Source of the DNA: a virus
DNA length: 64,000 nucleotides
Reading direction: 5' to 3' (one strand)
Virus record (IMG/VR): IMGVR_UViG_3300011980_000002
Coordinates: 128,001-192,000 of that record
The notes beneath the pieces were generated by a model, which saw only the letters and a list, made by a program, of their open reading frames with translations, was not told the DNA's origin and ran no database searches. This document shows, in pieces, positions 1 to 9,757 of this stretch. Positions within the stretch are counted from its first letter, which is position 1; each line of letters begins with the position of its first letter. A program made the position numbers and the translations under genes.

Positions 1-1718
1 TCCATTATCTATCAGATAAGGATTTAAGAACTAACCCCTCTAGGAAATATCTATCATCATGGATTAATAAATGTGAAAAACTCTATTATGAAAAAACTGG
101 TAAGAAAATAGACTTATCTAATATAGATATTATCATATTTCCTAAATATGATGGAGTATCTTGTATATTTGAATATGATGATAATGGGAATTTAGTAAAA
201 GCTTTAACAAGAGGAAATGTACTTACTAATGAAGCTCAAAATATTACCCATATATTTAAAGATACTGAGATGAATCATTGTAATTATGGATTTGCTACAG
301 GAGTTAAAACTGAGGTAGTAATTACTAATGAGAATTATCTTAATAATAATCATGGTAATTATAAAAATCCTAGGTCTATGGTATCCGGAATACTAAATTC
401 AGATGATAATGAATTTAGTGATTTATTAACTGTAGTTAAATTAAGATATATGGATAAAGAAGATACATTAGAGCATTTAGATAAAGATGTGTTTAATTAT
501 CCATATATAAGATGTAAGATTAGTGAAACTAATACCATTAGGGGTTTTGCTAATGATAATAAAACTGTTAATGGAATTAATTGTGATGGTGTAGTTATAA
601 GAATAGATGATGATGCTATTTGTAGAGTCTTAGGAAGAGATAATAACAAGAATAATTATGAAGTTGCTTATAAGTATACTGAAGAAGTTGCATTAACCAA
701 AATCAATGATATCACATTCCAATTAGGAAATAATGGATATATCACACCAATAGCTCGAATAGACCCTGTTATTTTAAAACAGACACAAATTACTAATGTA
801 AGCCTAGGAAGTATCAACAGATTTCTTGACTTAAATTTAGGAAAAGGTGATACTGTTAAGATACTATATGATATAGTACCATACTTAATATTCGATAAGG
901 ATTGTAAGCATAAAAGTAAATCTAAGAAATTTGATATGATTTATAAATGTCCTTATTGTAATACTATGTTGGATTTAAATGATGATGGTCTTCCATGCAA
1001 ATGTAATAATATACATTGTGAGTGGAAGAAGAAAGGAAGAATTCTTAATTATGTAATTAAGATGGGAATTCCTAATATTGGTGAGAAAACTATAGATAGA
1101 TTATTTAGTAATAATATAGTAACTTCCATAGAAGATTTATATTTATTATATAATAAGAAATCTGATATATTAAAACTACAAGGGTTTGGAGAAAAAGGTG
1201 TTACTAGATTAACTGAGTCTATTAATAGTATAAAAACTATAGAAGACTACAAATTACTAAGTTCCTTAGGTATTGATAGTATTGGTATAGAAAGCTTTAG
1301 GAATATATGCAAAGAATATACTATTAAAGATTTATTATCTATCATGGCTAATAGAGATTATGAGTCATTAATGAAAATAGCAGGTATTAAAGAAAAGAAA
1401 GCTATTAAAGTTATTGAAGGATTATTAGCTATAAAGAATACCTTACTATCAATATCTAAATATCTCAACATAATACATCCAACTTCATTTGATGAGAAAT
1501 TCTCTGTAGCATTTACTAAAGTAAGAGATGCTAATATAGAGAAAGAAATTATTAAATTAGGTGGAAGTATACATGATACTATTAAGAAGAATACTACATA
1601 TTTAGTAGTACCTGATAAAAATACTAATAGTAGTAAAGTAGAAAAAGCTATTGAATATGGTACAAGAATAGTACCGATAAATTTAATCATTGGTACTATA
1701 GAAAGGGATTTTAGTTAA
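1..1718 (+). CDS. ligA: NAD-dependent DNA ligase (LigA family), 5' end cut by window edge
   Basis: Frame 3 is open from nt 3. Upstream of the listed Met it reads [27 protein letters not shown] (KxDG adenylation lysine motif and TRG motif). Downstream there is a Cys4 zinc finger [24 protein letters not shown], HhH repeats ([26 protein letters not shown]) and a BRCT-like C-terminus [26 protein letters not shown]. Confidence 0.9.
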   Translation, partial: HYLSDKDLRTNPSRKYLSSWINKCEKLYYEKTGKKIDLSNIDIIIFPKYDGVSCIFEYDDNGNLVKALTRGNVLTNEAQNITHIFKDTEMNHCNYGFATGVKTEVVITNENYLNNNHGNYKNPRSMVSGILNSDDNEFSDLLTVVKLRYMDKEDTLEHLDKDVFNYPYIRCKISETNTIRGFANDNKTVNGINCDGVVIRIDDDAICRVLGRDNNKNNYEVAYKYTEEVALTKINDITFQLGNNGYITPIARIDPVILKQTQITNVSLGSINRFLDLNLGKGDTVKILYDIVPYLIFDKDCKHKSKSKKFDMIYKCPYCNTMLDLNDDGLPCKCNNIHCEWKKKGRILNYVIKMGIPNIGEKTIDRLFSNNIVTSIEDLYLLYNKKSDILKLQGFGEKGVTRLTESINSIKTIEDYKLLSSLGIDSIGIESFRNICKEYTIKDLLSIMANRDYESLMKIAGIKEKKAIKVIEGLLAIKNTLLSISKYLNIIHPTSFDEKFSVAFTKVRDANIEKEIIKLGGSIHDTIKKNTTYLVVPDKNTNSSKVEKAIEYGTRIVPINLIIGTIERDFS

Positions 1719-1723
1719 TAATA

Positions 1724-1749
1724 TAATTTATTTTACAGGAAAGGAAATA
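1724..1749 (+). repeat. 26-nt exact repeat copy 1 (TAATTTATTTTACAGGAAAGGAAATA); here it is the dut translation-initiation leader
   Basis: Identical 26-mer at 48534-48559. This copy ends 3 nt before the dut ATG and contains the GGAAAGGAA Shine-Dalgarno. Confidence 0.9.
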
Positions 1750-1752
1750 ATA

Positions 1753-2181
1753 ATGGAAATTAAAGTTAAATATCTAAATGAAGACTTAATTAAAATGAAT
1801 AAGATAGTAATAGGGGATTGGATAGATTTAAGAGCTGCTAAAGATATAACTCTTAAACAATTTGAATCTGCTAATATACCATTAGGAGTAGCAATGGAAA
1901 TTCCTAATGGATATGAGGCTATAGTAGCACCAAGGTCATCCACATTTAAGAACTTTGGTATTATTATGGCTAATAGTATTGGTATTATAGACAATTCATA
2001 CTGTGGTGATAATGATGAATGGAATTTCGTAGCATTAGCATTAAGAAATACTACGATTAAGTTTAATGATAGAATAGCTCAATTTAGGATAGTTAAGAAT
2101 ATGCCTAATTTAGATATTAAAGAAGTTAATCATTTAGGTAATTTTAATAGGGGTGGAATTGGTTCTACCGGAATTAATTAA
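1753..2181 (+). CDS. dut: dUTP diphosphatase (trimeric dUTPase)
   Basis: Motifs [19 protein letters not shown] (G-x-ID-x-x-Y-x-G-x) and C-terminal RGGIGSTG. Size of 142 aa is typical. Confidence 0.9.
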   Translation: MEIKVKYLNEDLIKMNKIVIGDWIDLRAAKDITLKQFESANIPLGVAMEIPNGYEAIVAPRSSTFKNFGIIMANSIGIIDNSYCGDNDEWNFVALALRNTTIKFNDRIAQFRIVKNMPNLDIKEVNHLGNFNRGGIGSTGIN

Positions 2182-2199
2182 TGTAAATTTATATTTAAT

Positions 2200-2241
2200 A
2201 TATCTTGGTACTTTAGCTTAAAGCTTTTAGTGCCAAGATAT
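2200..2241 (+). terminator. stem-loop downstream of dut
   Basis: ATATCTTGGTAC ... GTGCCAAGATAT 12-bp stem (one G-U) with an inner AGCTT/AAGCT pairing. No clean T-tract follows. Confidence 0.5.
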
Positions 2242-2259
2242 ATAATATTTATTTGGTTA
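2240..2259 (+). promoter_or_regulatory. variant of phage promoter-like core (ATATAATATTTATTTGGTTA)
   Basis: Matches ATATAMTATTW..TTG.TA. Lies 50 nt upstream of the 2309 ATG, directly after the terminator. Confidence 0.3.
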
Positions 2260-2308
2260 TTAAAACTAATTAAAAAAGTATGGAAAGGATATATGGGAAA
2301 AAAGAATT

Positions 2309-2884
2309 ATGTTGAATGATCTTAAAAAGAGAATTAACGCCATAAACAGACAGTTTAAACCATCGAACGAGTCTGTAAAAAGTTATCCAAAGAAAGATGT
2401 GAAAAGAGATGTAAAGAAGAAGGTTAATAATAAACCTAATAAACCAATTCCAATTAGGGAAATTGAAGTATTAAGAAATAAGTACAAGTTAAACTGTGGG
2501 AAATTTCCACAACTATTCTATGAGATGGTAAATAGGATAGTAGCTGAATCTATAAAAGATAAACAGGAGATATCTGTAACTTTTAGAGAGGAAAGCCAAG
2601 AGAAAAAAGATAATGGTATAGTAATGATAAGTCTTACTATATTAAATCATGATAGTAGTAAAGCTGTAACTCTAAACTTCTTGTATTCAGAGGATAGAAG
2701 AGTTGTTAATAGAGAAAAGACTTTAGAGACTATCGTAGAATCAATGTGTATATCTATCATTAATCCGAACTTATGTAAAGTATTATTTAATATACATGGT
2801 TCTCAGGCTATAGATAAATCTGAGAAGTACATAACTAGGATTATTAATGATAATATAAATTTTGTATCAAATAACAAGAAATAA
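2309..2884 (+). CDS. hypothetical protein (basic N-terminus)
   Basis: 191-codon ORF in DNA where stops are frequent. No recognisable motif. Confidence 0.6.
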   Translation: MLNDLKKRINAINRQFKPSNESVKSYPKKDVKRDVKKKVNNKPNKPIPIREIEVLRNKYKLNCGKFPQLFYEMVNRIVAESIKDKQEISVTFREESQEKKDNGIVMISLTILNHDSSKAVTLNFLYSEDRRVVNREKTLETIVESMCISIINPNLCKVLFNIHGSQAIDKSEKYITRIINDNINFVSNNKK

Positions 2885-2904
2885 ATAAAGAAGGAGTTTA
2901 CACA

Positions 2905-3615
2905 ATGGCAAAGAGATATATTCAATTCGTAGAGGAAAATGTAATAGATAATATGGATGATGTTTATAACATTATAGATTTAGCTGATAAAGAACTATCA
3001 TCCAATTTCGATATTAAGATAGACAGTAAAGAAATTCCAATTATAATATTTGGAGTAACTTTCAGGACTATTGTAAATATACTGAAAGAGAAATCTATAG
3101 CAGGTTATGATAAATATAAAATCAATATCGCAAATAGATTTGAAGTTGGATATGATAATACTACTAATGATGAATATGAGAAGAATGGTGGATTTATCAT
3201 CTACATTAAACATCTATATCAGAACTTCAGTACTCTAAGAGAAAGAGAATATGATGACGACACAATAGCACTTTGTGTGGAATGGAGTGCCACTAATATA
3301 ACTAATGATGCAGATGCTATTAAGAAAATATCTACAACAGCTTTAACCAAATTGGATAGTGAGTATGATATTAAACTTGGTACAGCAGATTGTGTTATAC
3401 CAATCTTTGTTACAATTTACGATTGTCTTATAGCTTATCTTAAGATAGAAAGAGCTTCAAGAAAAGAATCAGAATTCGAAATTAATTTCATCGGATTATT
3501 TGATATAGCCGCACAAGAGTCAGATGATAATGATGATATTATAAGAATAACTCCATCTATAGACTTAAAGTTAACTATTAAGTCAGATGGTTTGGGTTCC
3601 GCAAAATATGATTAA
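2905..3615 (+). CDS. hypothetical protein
   Basis: 236-codon ORF with AAGGAG 8 nt upstream of the ATG. No recognisable motif. Confidence 0.7.
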   Translation: MAKRYIQFVEENVIDNMDDVYNIIDLADKELSSNFDIKIDSKEIPIIIFGVTFRTIVNILKEKSIAGYDKYKINIANRFEVGYDNTTNDEYEKNGGFIIYIKHLYQNFSTLREREYDDDTIALCVEWSATNITNDADAIKKISTTALTKLDSEYDIKLGTADCVIPIFVTIYDCLIAYLKIERASRKESEFEINFIGLFDIAAQESDDNDDIIRITPSIDLKLTIKSDGLGSAKYD

Positions 3616-3655
3616 TATTATACATATTATAAATTAATCGAAGTTACTTAAATAG

Positions 3656-3721
3656 AAATAAAGACTACAGAAAAGATTATTAATATATCATTAATATGAA
3701 ATTTTATAGTCTTTATTTTTT
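3656..3721 (+). terminator. putative terminator
   Basis: 12-bp stem AAATAAAGACTA / TAGTCTTTATTT followed by a T-run. The loop is long (39 nt). Confidence 0.5.
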
Positions 3722-3759
3722 AACTATAGTAAATTAGAAATGAGGAGTATATAAGAATT

Positions 3760-5160
3760 ATGCTTAAATATTTAAATATGTATAAGAATAAATACAGAGA
3801 CCAATTAAACAAGAAGCTTATGAAAAAAGAAGCTGATGAACCATTGGTTGAGTATATTAAAGATGCGTGGAAATCATTAGAGATAGCTCCTGCTATTAAG
3901 ATAGTTGATTTTAAGTATTCTGAAATAGAGAATGATATCAACATCAATAAGTATATATTCAAGAGAGAGAAGAATAAGAAAAAGAAAGAGAAATTTGATG
4001 TAAAGTTTATTAATGACAGTAGATGTGGTAGTCTTCGTACTACTATAGAAATAACTTTACCTGTTAAAGACCCAGTATCTGGAGAAATCACTATACATAA
4101 GAAAACCTTGAGTAAAGATATTCTTATTCCTATACAAGATGATAGAGGATATTATACTATAAAGGGTAAAAAGTATTATATGATTTATCAATTGGTAGAG
4201 AAATCTACTTATACAGGTAAACAGACTATTACATTGAAATCATTAATGCCTATTGCTATACAAAGAAATAGTACTGTAGTAAAAGGTTTATCTTTTAAAC
4301 ATGAAATGTTAACAGAAGAATTAGAAAAGGATAGTGGAGTAATGACCAAGAATTCCACTATAGCAGAAACTGTTAATGGTGATACTTATAAATTACCAGT
4401 TTATTACATTTACATGTTTAAGAAAGAAACTCCTATATTACCATTCTTTTTAGCAAGAGGAGCAGAATATGCTTTAGACTTTTTACAATTAAATAGAATT
4501 ATCTCATTTGAAGATGGGGAATCATTTCTTAACAGTGAGAAATCTGATAATGAGATATGGTTTGTTATAAGTAATAACAAATGTTATTTAAGAGTAAAAG
4601 ATAGAGAAATCTTTAATAAGTATCAATATTTACAAGCTATGGTAGGAAGTCTATTAGATATAATGAGTAATAGACTTACTAAAGAGCAAATATATGATAC
4701 TACATTATGGGTTAAGAAGTTAGGTGGTGGAAGTCAATCTAATTCTTATAATAAAGGATTGGATATGTTAACTTTCTTCAGTAGACTATTAGATGAGACT
4801 ACTAAGAAGATATTAAGAATAGATGATATTCATAAGAAAGACATTTATTCTTTAATAAGATGGATGATGATGAATTTCAACGAAATACGATTAAAAGACA
4901 ATATGAATTTATATAATAAGAGAATTCGTTGTAATGAGTATATATCATCATTACTTACAATAGAATTCAGTAGGAGACTTAACAGAATAATATCCATGGG
5001 TAATAAAGCTACTATGGATAATTATAAAGAGATATTTAAGTTCCCAGGAGAAATCTTATTACAAAAGTTACATGTATCGGGAGTACTAAGATTTGATGAT
5101 TGTATTAATGATATGAATTTCTTTAGTAAGTTTAAAGTAACTTTCAAAGGACGAATTGAT
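3760..5160 (+). CDS. phage multisubunit RNA polymerase beta-like subunit, N-terminal polypeptide, exon 1
   Basis: RGYYTIKGKKYYMIYQLVEKS resembles the beta motif G-x-F-I-I-N-G-x-E-R-V-I-V-S-Q-L. The C-terminal GVLRFDDCINDMNFFSKFKVTFKGRID aligns to bacterial beta [28 protein letters not shown]. The listed ORF tail 5161-5241 is read-through into the intron. Confidence 0.75.
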
Positions 5161-6131
5161 AAAATGTGGTCCCGAAATATGGTAACATATTGGAAAAACC
5201 GCTTTAACTGCGGGAAAATCTTAATAAACTTTAATTACTAAACTTATATAGTGATATGATAAGTGGCAATGGGTAACTCCAAAGGTATAGTAAAAAGATT
5301 AAAGTTTAAGACAATCCGCAACAAAGATACTTTTATAGAAAAGGATGGTGCATTTTTATAACTATGGAAAATGAAATTATATGGAAAGATATCCTATTAG
5401 ATAGTAAATATTATTACTTTGAAAAGTATGAGTGTAGTAATACAGGTTTAATAAGATATAAAAAGACTAAAAAACTTGTTAAGATATTTGACTCATACAG
5501 ACACAATCGTAAAAATCAACATTGGAAAAGATGCTTTTTATATTTTGACAAGGACCATTTTTATAAAGTGAGTGTACACAGAATAATAGCATTTACATTT
5601 ATACCAAATCAAGATCCAGATATTTATATTGAAGTTAATCATATAGATGGGAATCCTGAAAATAATAATGTTGATAATTTAGAATGGGTTACAAAATCAC
5701 AAAATATGATTCATGCATATAAAAATAACCTAATTAAATTACCAATAGGTGGTAGGCGTAAAGAGGCTATATTTGACGACGATGATGTACGAGCTGTTGT
5801 GTATCTGATGAAACAAGGTATGAAAGCAAAAGAAATATATTTCAATTTATATGAATTAGGATTATCATATAATCCGATTCTAACTAGAGAAAGGATAAAT
5901 TCTCTAATGAAACATATTCGAAAAGGTACACACTGGAAGCATATCTATAAAAAAGTATAATGTTCAACGACTAGGGAAAGACATATTATAATTAATTATA
6001 ATATGAATCGAGTAGGCTCAATAATAGGGCGAAACGTAGATGAAACAAATCGAAACGGGCGGCTCCTTATATTATTAAATATAAGGATGATGATATAGTC
6101 TAAGAAATAGTGAATTGCACATTCACAAGGG
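5161..6131 (+). mobile_element. group I-type intron carrying an HNH homing endonuclease (boundaries approximate, +/- a few nt)
   Basis: Separates two halves of one conserved beta block. A join at T5160/A6132 keeps the frame, leaves exon 1 ending in U and the intron ending in G. The segment is GC-enriched and hairpin-dense: 5176-5191 AATATG-GTAA-CATATT; 5982-6005 perfect 24-nt palindrome; 6065-6086 CCTTATAT/ATATAAGG; 6110-6126 GTGAAT/ATTCAC. Confidence 0.7.
5364..5960 (+). CDS. intron-encoded HNH homing endonuclease (NUMOD4-like N-terminus + HNH_3-type core)
   Basis: WKDI...YYFEKYECSNTGLIRY (NUMOD4-like) and HRIIAFTFIP...IEVNHIDGNPENNNVDNLEWVTKSQNMIHA (H-N-H core). Confidence 0.85.
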   Translation: MENEIIWKDILLDSKYYYFEKYECSNTGLIRYKKTKKLVKIFDSYRHNRKNQHWKRCFLYFDKDHFYKVSVHRIIAFTFIPNQDPDIYIEVNHIDGNPENNNVDNLEWVTKSQNMIHAYKNNLIKLPIGGRRKEAIFDDDDVRAVVYLMKQGMKAKEIYFNLYELGLSYNPILTRERINSLMKHIRKGTHWKHIYKKV

Positions 6132-6527
6132 AACTCTAATACGAAAAAGATAAATACTAAGTCAAGAGGATTACATCCAAGTTATCTAACTAATTTTGAT
6201 ATATTGGTATGTGGTACTTCTGACCCAGGAACTTCTGCGTTATTATCTCCATGGTGTAATATTAAAGATTTCTATTTTGACTCAAGACCAGAATATGATA
6301 ATTTCATGTATGAGTTTAAAACAGATATAGAAAATTCTTCTAATACCGAATCTATAATTAATATATCATCTGATAATAAAGAGAGGTATTTTGAGGTATT
6401 AAATAAAATGGCTGACATCTTATCATCTTCTAAAGCATATGGACATAGTAATGATGTCTCATATCATATAGAGGAAGGAATAGAGGATGTAGATAGTAAG
6501 ACATTAATAGATAAAGAAGAAGAATAA
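6132..6527 (+). CDS. RNAP beta-like subunit N-terminal polypeptide, exon 2
   Basis: The frame is open from 6114. NSNTKKINTKSRGLHPSYLTNFDILVCGTSDPGTSALLSPW aligns to beta [32 protein letters not shown]. The listed TTG start at 6204 falls inside this conserved block and has no RBS. Confidence 0.7.
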   Translation, partial: NSNTKKINTKSRGLHPSYLTNFDILVCGTSDPGTSALLSPWCNIKDFYFDSRPEYDNFMYEFKTDIENSSNTESIINISSDNKERYFEVLNKMADILSSSKAYGHSNDVSYHIEEGIEDVDSKTLIDKEEE

Positions 6528-6533
6528 ATTATT

Positions 6534-7247
6534 ATGAAAAAAGTAATTTTAGATATGGGGAAAATATCTAAAGGGATGAGGTTGAAATTTGGTCTTATAT
6601 TATCTGATAATGAAATTCCTAATCAGAAATTTAATAATAAGATAATTAATGTATTTAATTTATCCGGTAATGAATATATTAAGATTTCACCTCATCCTTT
6701 TATTACATTAGACATTAGCTCTTCTTTTGATAAGAATGAGGATTGGTCTAATAATAAATCTGTTACTCTTAATAACGCTAACAAAATGAAGTTTGAGAAT
6801 TCATTACTTAGCGTTATTAAGAGTTTTCAAGTCAAAAATATGTTTTATTATGATAATAATAAGAAACTTATGTGTGATGATAATATCTCTAAGAAGAATA
6901 TGACTAAAATTATCGTTGGGAATAAAACTTGTATATTCAGATGTTTGGCTATACCTGATGAAAATAATAAAGAAGTTAATTATGAAGGAGTTACTATGAT
7001 GGTAAACTCTGTAGATAATTTCTGTTATTTATCATTTGAAGAAGTTAATGTCTTATTATATAGCCTTAAGAATATCAATATGTATAGTATGTCTATTTCA
7101 TTAATGAATTTAGTACAGAGTAATAGTGATTTATTCCCAGAGAAAATAGAAACTTCTAATGAAATAATAAAAGAAGAAATAGAAGAATTGCCAGAACCAA
7201 ATAAAGTACCACCAATAAGTAAAAATAATAGTATACCGGATTTTTAA
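6534..7247 (+). CDS. hypothetical protein
   Basis: 237-codon ORF starting 7 nt after the upstream stop. Confidence 0.6.
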   Translation: MKKVILDMGKISKGMRLKFGLILSDNEIPNQKFNNKIINVFNLSGNEYIKISPHPFITLDISSSFDKNEDWSNNKSVTLNNANKMKFENSLLSVIKSFQVKNMFYYDNNKKLMCDDNISKKNMTKIIVGNKTCIFRCLAIPDENNKEVNYEGVTMMVNSVDNFCYLSFEEVNVLLYSLKNINMYSMSISLMNLVQSNSDLFPEKIETSNEIIKEEIEELPEPNKVPPISKNNSIPDF

Positions 7248-7263
7248 AATTATAAATTTATCC

Positions 7264-7282
7264 ATATACTATTATTTTGTAC
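7264..7282 (+). promoter_or_regulatory. phage promoter-like core ATATACTATTATTTTGTAC
   Basis: Member of the ATATAMTATTWNNTTGTAA family, 36 nt upstream of the ATG at 7318. Confidence 0.5.
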
Positions 7283-7317
7283 TTATATTAAATAAATGGA
7301 AAGGAATAAGAAATAAC

Positions 7318-7755
7318 ATGTATAAAGATCAATTGGAAACAGTGTATGAAGGAACTGGTCTTAGTAAAATAAGAACGGCTCACCCAATAATCACTAAATT
7401 GGTATATGATAATTTATACCAATTAGATGGTTACAAGGGTGAAGAATTAGTATTCTATCATATACTGAGAATATGCAACGATTTTGGATTATTAGATAAG
7501 AAACTTGCTAAAAATAGCAAGGCTTATATGATATATTCATATATAGAAGACGAAAGTAAAAAGAAGCAGGTTTATATTGATAGATATAAGCCTGATAAAG
7601 TAGATGGTAAAGATATACTAGGAATGATATCGGTCGATTATGATAAACCATTCCATGTAATGATGGATGAAAGACAGAAAGAACAAAAAATATCCATTAA
7701 GTATGCTCCTTCAATGGATAGTGCTATTATCAATATATTAAAAGAAGGGAACTAA
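7318..7755 (+). CDS. hypothetical protein
   Basis: 145-codon ORF with a GGAAAGGAA RBS upstream. Confidence 0.65.
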   Translation: MYKDQLETVYEGTGLSKIRTAHPIITKLVYDNLYQLDGYKGEELVFYHILRICNDFGLLDKKLAKNSKAYMIYSYIEDESKKKQVYIDRYKPDKVDGKDILGMISVDYDKPFHVMMDERQKEQKISIKYAPSMDSAIINILKEGN

Positions 7756-7757
7756 TT

Positions 7758-8420
7758 ATGGAAGAAAAAAATAACCCAGAATTATATCTTACTGTAAAAA
7801 GTAGGACATTCCGTATACTTGGTAATATAGATGGATTTGATAAAGAGTATGAAAATGGAAAAGGTTACTGTGATGAAAATAGAGTATATATTTATTATGC
7901 AGAAAAACCTGAGAAATTTGAATATCCGTCATTCTATAAATCTAATGATGGTTTAGTATTTGAAAGAGGTAAAGAAAGCAATTATGATTACTTTGATACT
8001 TCATTATTACAGGATTTAACCTATGATGTAATAAAGAATAATACTAATGCTGATGATGTATATTTTAATGAGCAAGAACTAAATGATATCAATTCAGCTA
8101 CCAGTGTTTATACTCCAACAATGAAAGATAATGATGACTTCTTAAAGAAGTTAATTAAAACTGCACTATTAGAAAAGTCCATCAATCTCAATAGGTTAAA
8201 GTCTAAAGGTCCGGAAGCTTATTCTGTTAGTAATATGAAGACTGCTTTGCAAAATGATACTAAGATGTCAGTAAGTAATTTTGTAAAGTGGTGTGAATTA
8301 TTAGGGATTAAGTTTGAGATAGTAGTAGAAGATAATGGGTTTGATAGAATTAATCCATTACTTAAGAAATTAAAGTATAATAGCTCATTTGATACTATAG
8401 ATATTATTGATAAGAAATAA
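7758..8420 (+). CDS. hypothetical protein
   Basis: 220-codon ORF, translationally coupled (starts 3 nt after the upstream stop). Confidence 0.65.
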   Translation: MEEKNNPELYLTVKSRTFRILGNIDGFDKEYENGKGYCDENRVYIYYAEKPEKFEYPSFYKSNDGLVFERGKESNYDYFDTSLLQDLTYDVIKNNTNADDVYFNEQELNDINSATSVYTPTMKDNDDFLKKLIKTALLEKSINLNRLKSKGPEAYSVSNMKTALQNDTKMSVSNFVKWCELLGIKFEIVVEDNGFDRINPLLKKLKYNSSFDTIDIIDKK

Positions 8421-8463
8421 ATATATAAAAAATAAATTATAATGGAAAAAGGAGAAAAGAAAT

Positions 8464-9120
8464 ATGAGTTTTATAAATAAATTTATGGAGAGTTTCAAGT
8501 TAAAAGAAAGCAAGGAAGTCGTTAAGAATAATGATGGATTGTGTGAATATATCCATGATTATCTATTAAGCACGGTTCCAGTAAGAGCTACTGTAGAAAT
8601 ATTGAAATTATCCGAGTATGCTAAACTGGAACCAGTAAGAGTTCTATTCAATAGGGTTACTGTAAAAGATATTAGTAATAATCCTAAATTAATCAATGAG
8701 CTAATTCCTAATGATAAAGATTACGGATTTACTTTAGACTACGATGTTAAAGGATTTAGAAGAACTCTTAATAGAGTTTATACTACTGATAATATATTAA
8801 CCTTTAAATGTGAAGATGGAAGAACCATCATGATAAAGATAGAAGCTCAGATGGATTTATATAATGCAAGTCCTGATACAGATGAGGCTGCTTTCTCTAT
8901 GATGTATATCTATATAGCTGATTTATTAACCAGCTTAAATATCGTAGATGCTACCGGTTATTATTTCGAATTACCTCTTAATTATATCGGGATAGACGCT
9001 CAGTATAAGAATTTCTACGAAGGATATATTGAGCATAAAGAATTAGACCTATTAGGTGACAAGATTAATAGGGATAGAATAAGAAGAGAATGGATGGCAC
9101 AGAATTACGATAATATGTAA
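8464..9120 (+). CDS. hypothetical protein
   Basis: 218-codon ORF preceded by the conserved leader AAAGGAGAAAAGAAATATG. Confidence 0.7.
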   Translation: MSFINKFMESFKLKESKEVVKNNDGLCEYIHDYLLSTVPVRATVEILKLSEYAKLEPVRVLFNRVTVKDISNNPKLINELIPNDKDYGFTLDYDVKGFRRTLNRVYTTDNILTFKCEDGRTIMIKIEAQMDLYNASPDTDEAAFSMMYIYIADLLTSLNIVDATGYYFELPLNYIGIDAQYKNFYEGYIEHKELDLLGDKINRDRIRREWMAQNYDNM

Positions 9121-9127
9121 CATATTT

Positions 9128-9172
9128 AAACCAGTGGGAATTTATTATTAACTTAATATTTCCCACTGGTTT
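9128..9172 (+). terminator. Rho-independent terminator
   Basis: AAACCAGTGGGA ... TCCCACTGGTTT 12-bp stem followed by a T-rich tail. Confidence 0.7.
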
Positions 9173-9214
9173 ATAAAATTTATTTTTTTATAATAAAGAA
9201 AGGATTAACTAATT

Positions 9215-9703
9215 ATGATTAATTTATTAAACGATATTAAAGATGTTTTATCAGATACCGATACTAAATGCATTACTATAGGATTATCATTGAATGGTTA
9301 TAGAGCTGGTAATAGTATTATCGATTGTTATGCTCTGTTATATTTAGATGAGAATCTAATATCTGTAGAAAATGAAGCTTGTAAAATGTATGAAGATAAC
9401 TATGTTCCTGAGATTGGTGATTATTGTCTTCATATATACTCTACAATCAATTTTACTAAAGCTTTACATGAATTACCCAATGGATACAGATATTATTATT
9501 CCAATGAAGAAACTAATAGAACTATTTTACTTGATAAATATTTTATTTGTAATATGAAATTATTTGGTGACCATATAGATTTTATGCCTTATGATTTAGA
9601 GATTACAAATATTACTAAAGATGAAAATAGTGGTGTGGATTTCATCTTTCATATAGATGGTAATAAGAATGTAATAGAGGATTATATTAGAATTACACAA
9701 TAA
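9215..9703 (+). CDS. hypothetical protein
   Basis: 162-codon ORF with AGAAAGGA RBS. Confidence 0.65.
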   Translation: MINLLNDIKDVLSDTDTKCITIGLSLNGYRAGNSIIDCYALLYLDENLISVENEACKMYEDNYVPEIGDYCLHIYSTINFTKALHELPNGYRYYYSNEETNRTILLDKYFICNMKLFGDHIDFMPYDLEITNITKDENSGVDFIFHIDGNKNVIEDYIRITQ

Positions 9704-9705
9704 GC

Positions 9706-9725
9706 ATATACTATTATTATGGTAA
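9706..9725 (+). promoter_or_regulatory. variant promoter-like core ATATACTATTATTATGGTAA
   Basis: Family variant (TGGTAA), 33 nt upstream of the ATG at 9758. Confidence 0.35.
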
Positions 9726-9757
9726 AATAATTTTTATATAATAAAGGAGAAAGAAAT

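Noticed and set aside
1358-1994. Antisense or overlapping short ORFs throughout the window (for example 1358-1690, 1728-1994, 2998-3213, 3720-4091, 9372-9557, 9826-10053, 10333-10575, 11099-11602, 12140-12394, 13004-13422, 16224-16406, 16455-16712, 17795-18064, 18642-19022, 21701-21946, 23568-23792, 29586-29918, 31081-31823, 32738-32935, 35451-35699, 37706-37927, 40815-41072, 42786-43088, 43463-43798, 44213-44512, 47489-47812, 49956-50141, 51189-51410, 52220-52477, 52815-53150, 53572-53766)
   Set aside because: Each is nested in or antisense to a longer ORF with motif or RBS support. Their products are I/L/F/S-rich, as expected from reading AT-rich coding DNA in the wrong frame.
5161-5241. 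C-terminal tail of ORF 3760-5241 (KMWSRNMVTYWKNRFNCGKILINFNY) as real coding sequence
   Set aside because: Homology to RNAP beta stops at ...FKGRID and resumes at 6132. The tail coincides with GC-rich hairpins of the intron 5' region, so it is most likely read-through.
6204-6527. Independent 107-aa gene with a TTG start
   Set aside because: The TTG falls inside a conserved beta block (HPSYLTNFDIL-VCGTSDPG). The frame is open 90 nt further upstream and there is no RBS, so this is treated as exon 2.
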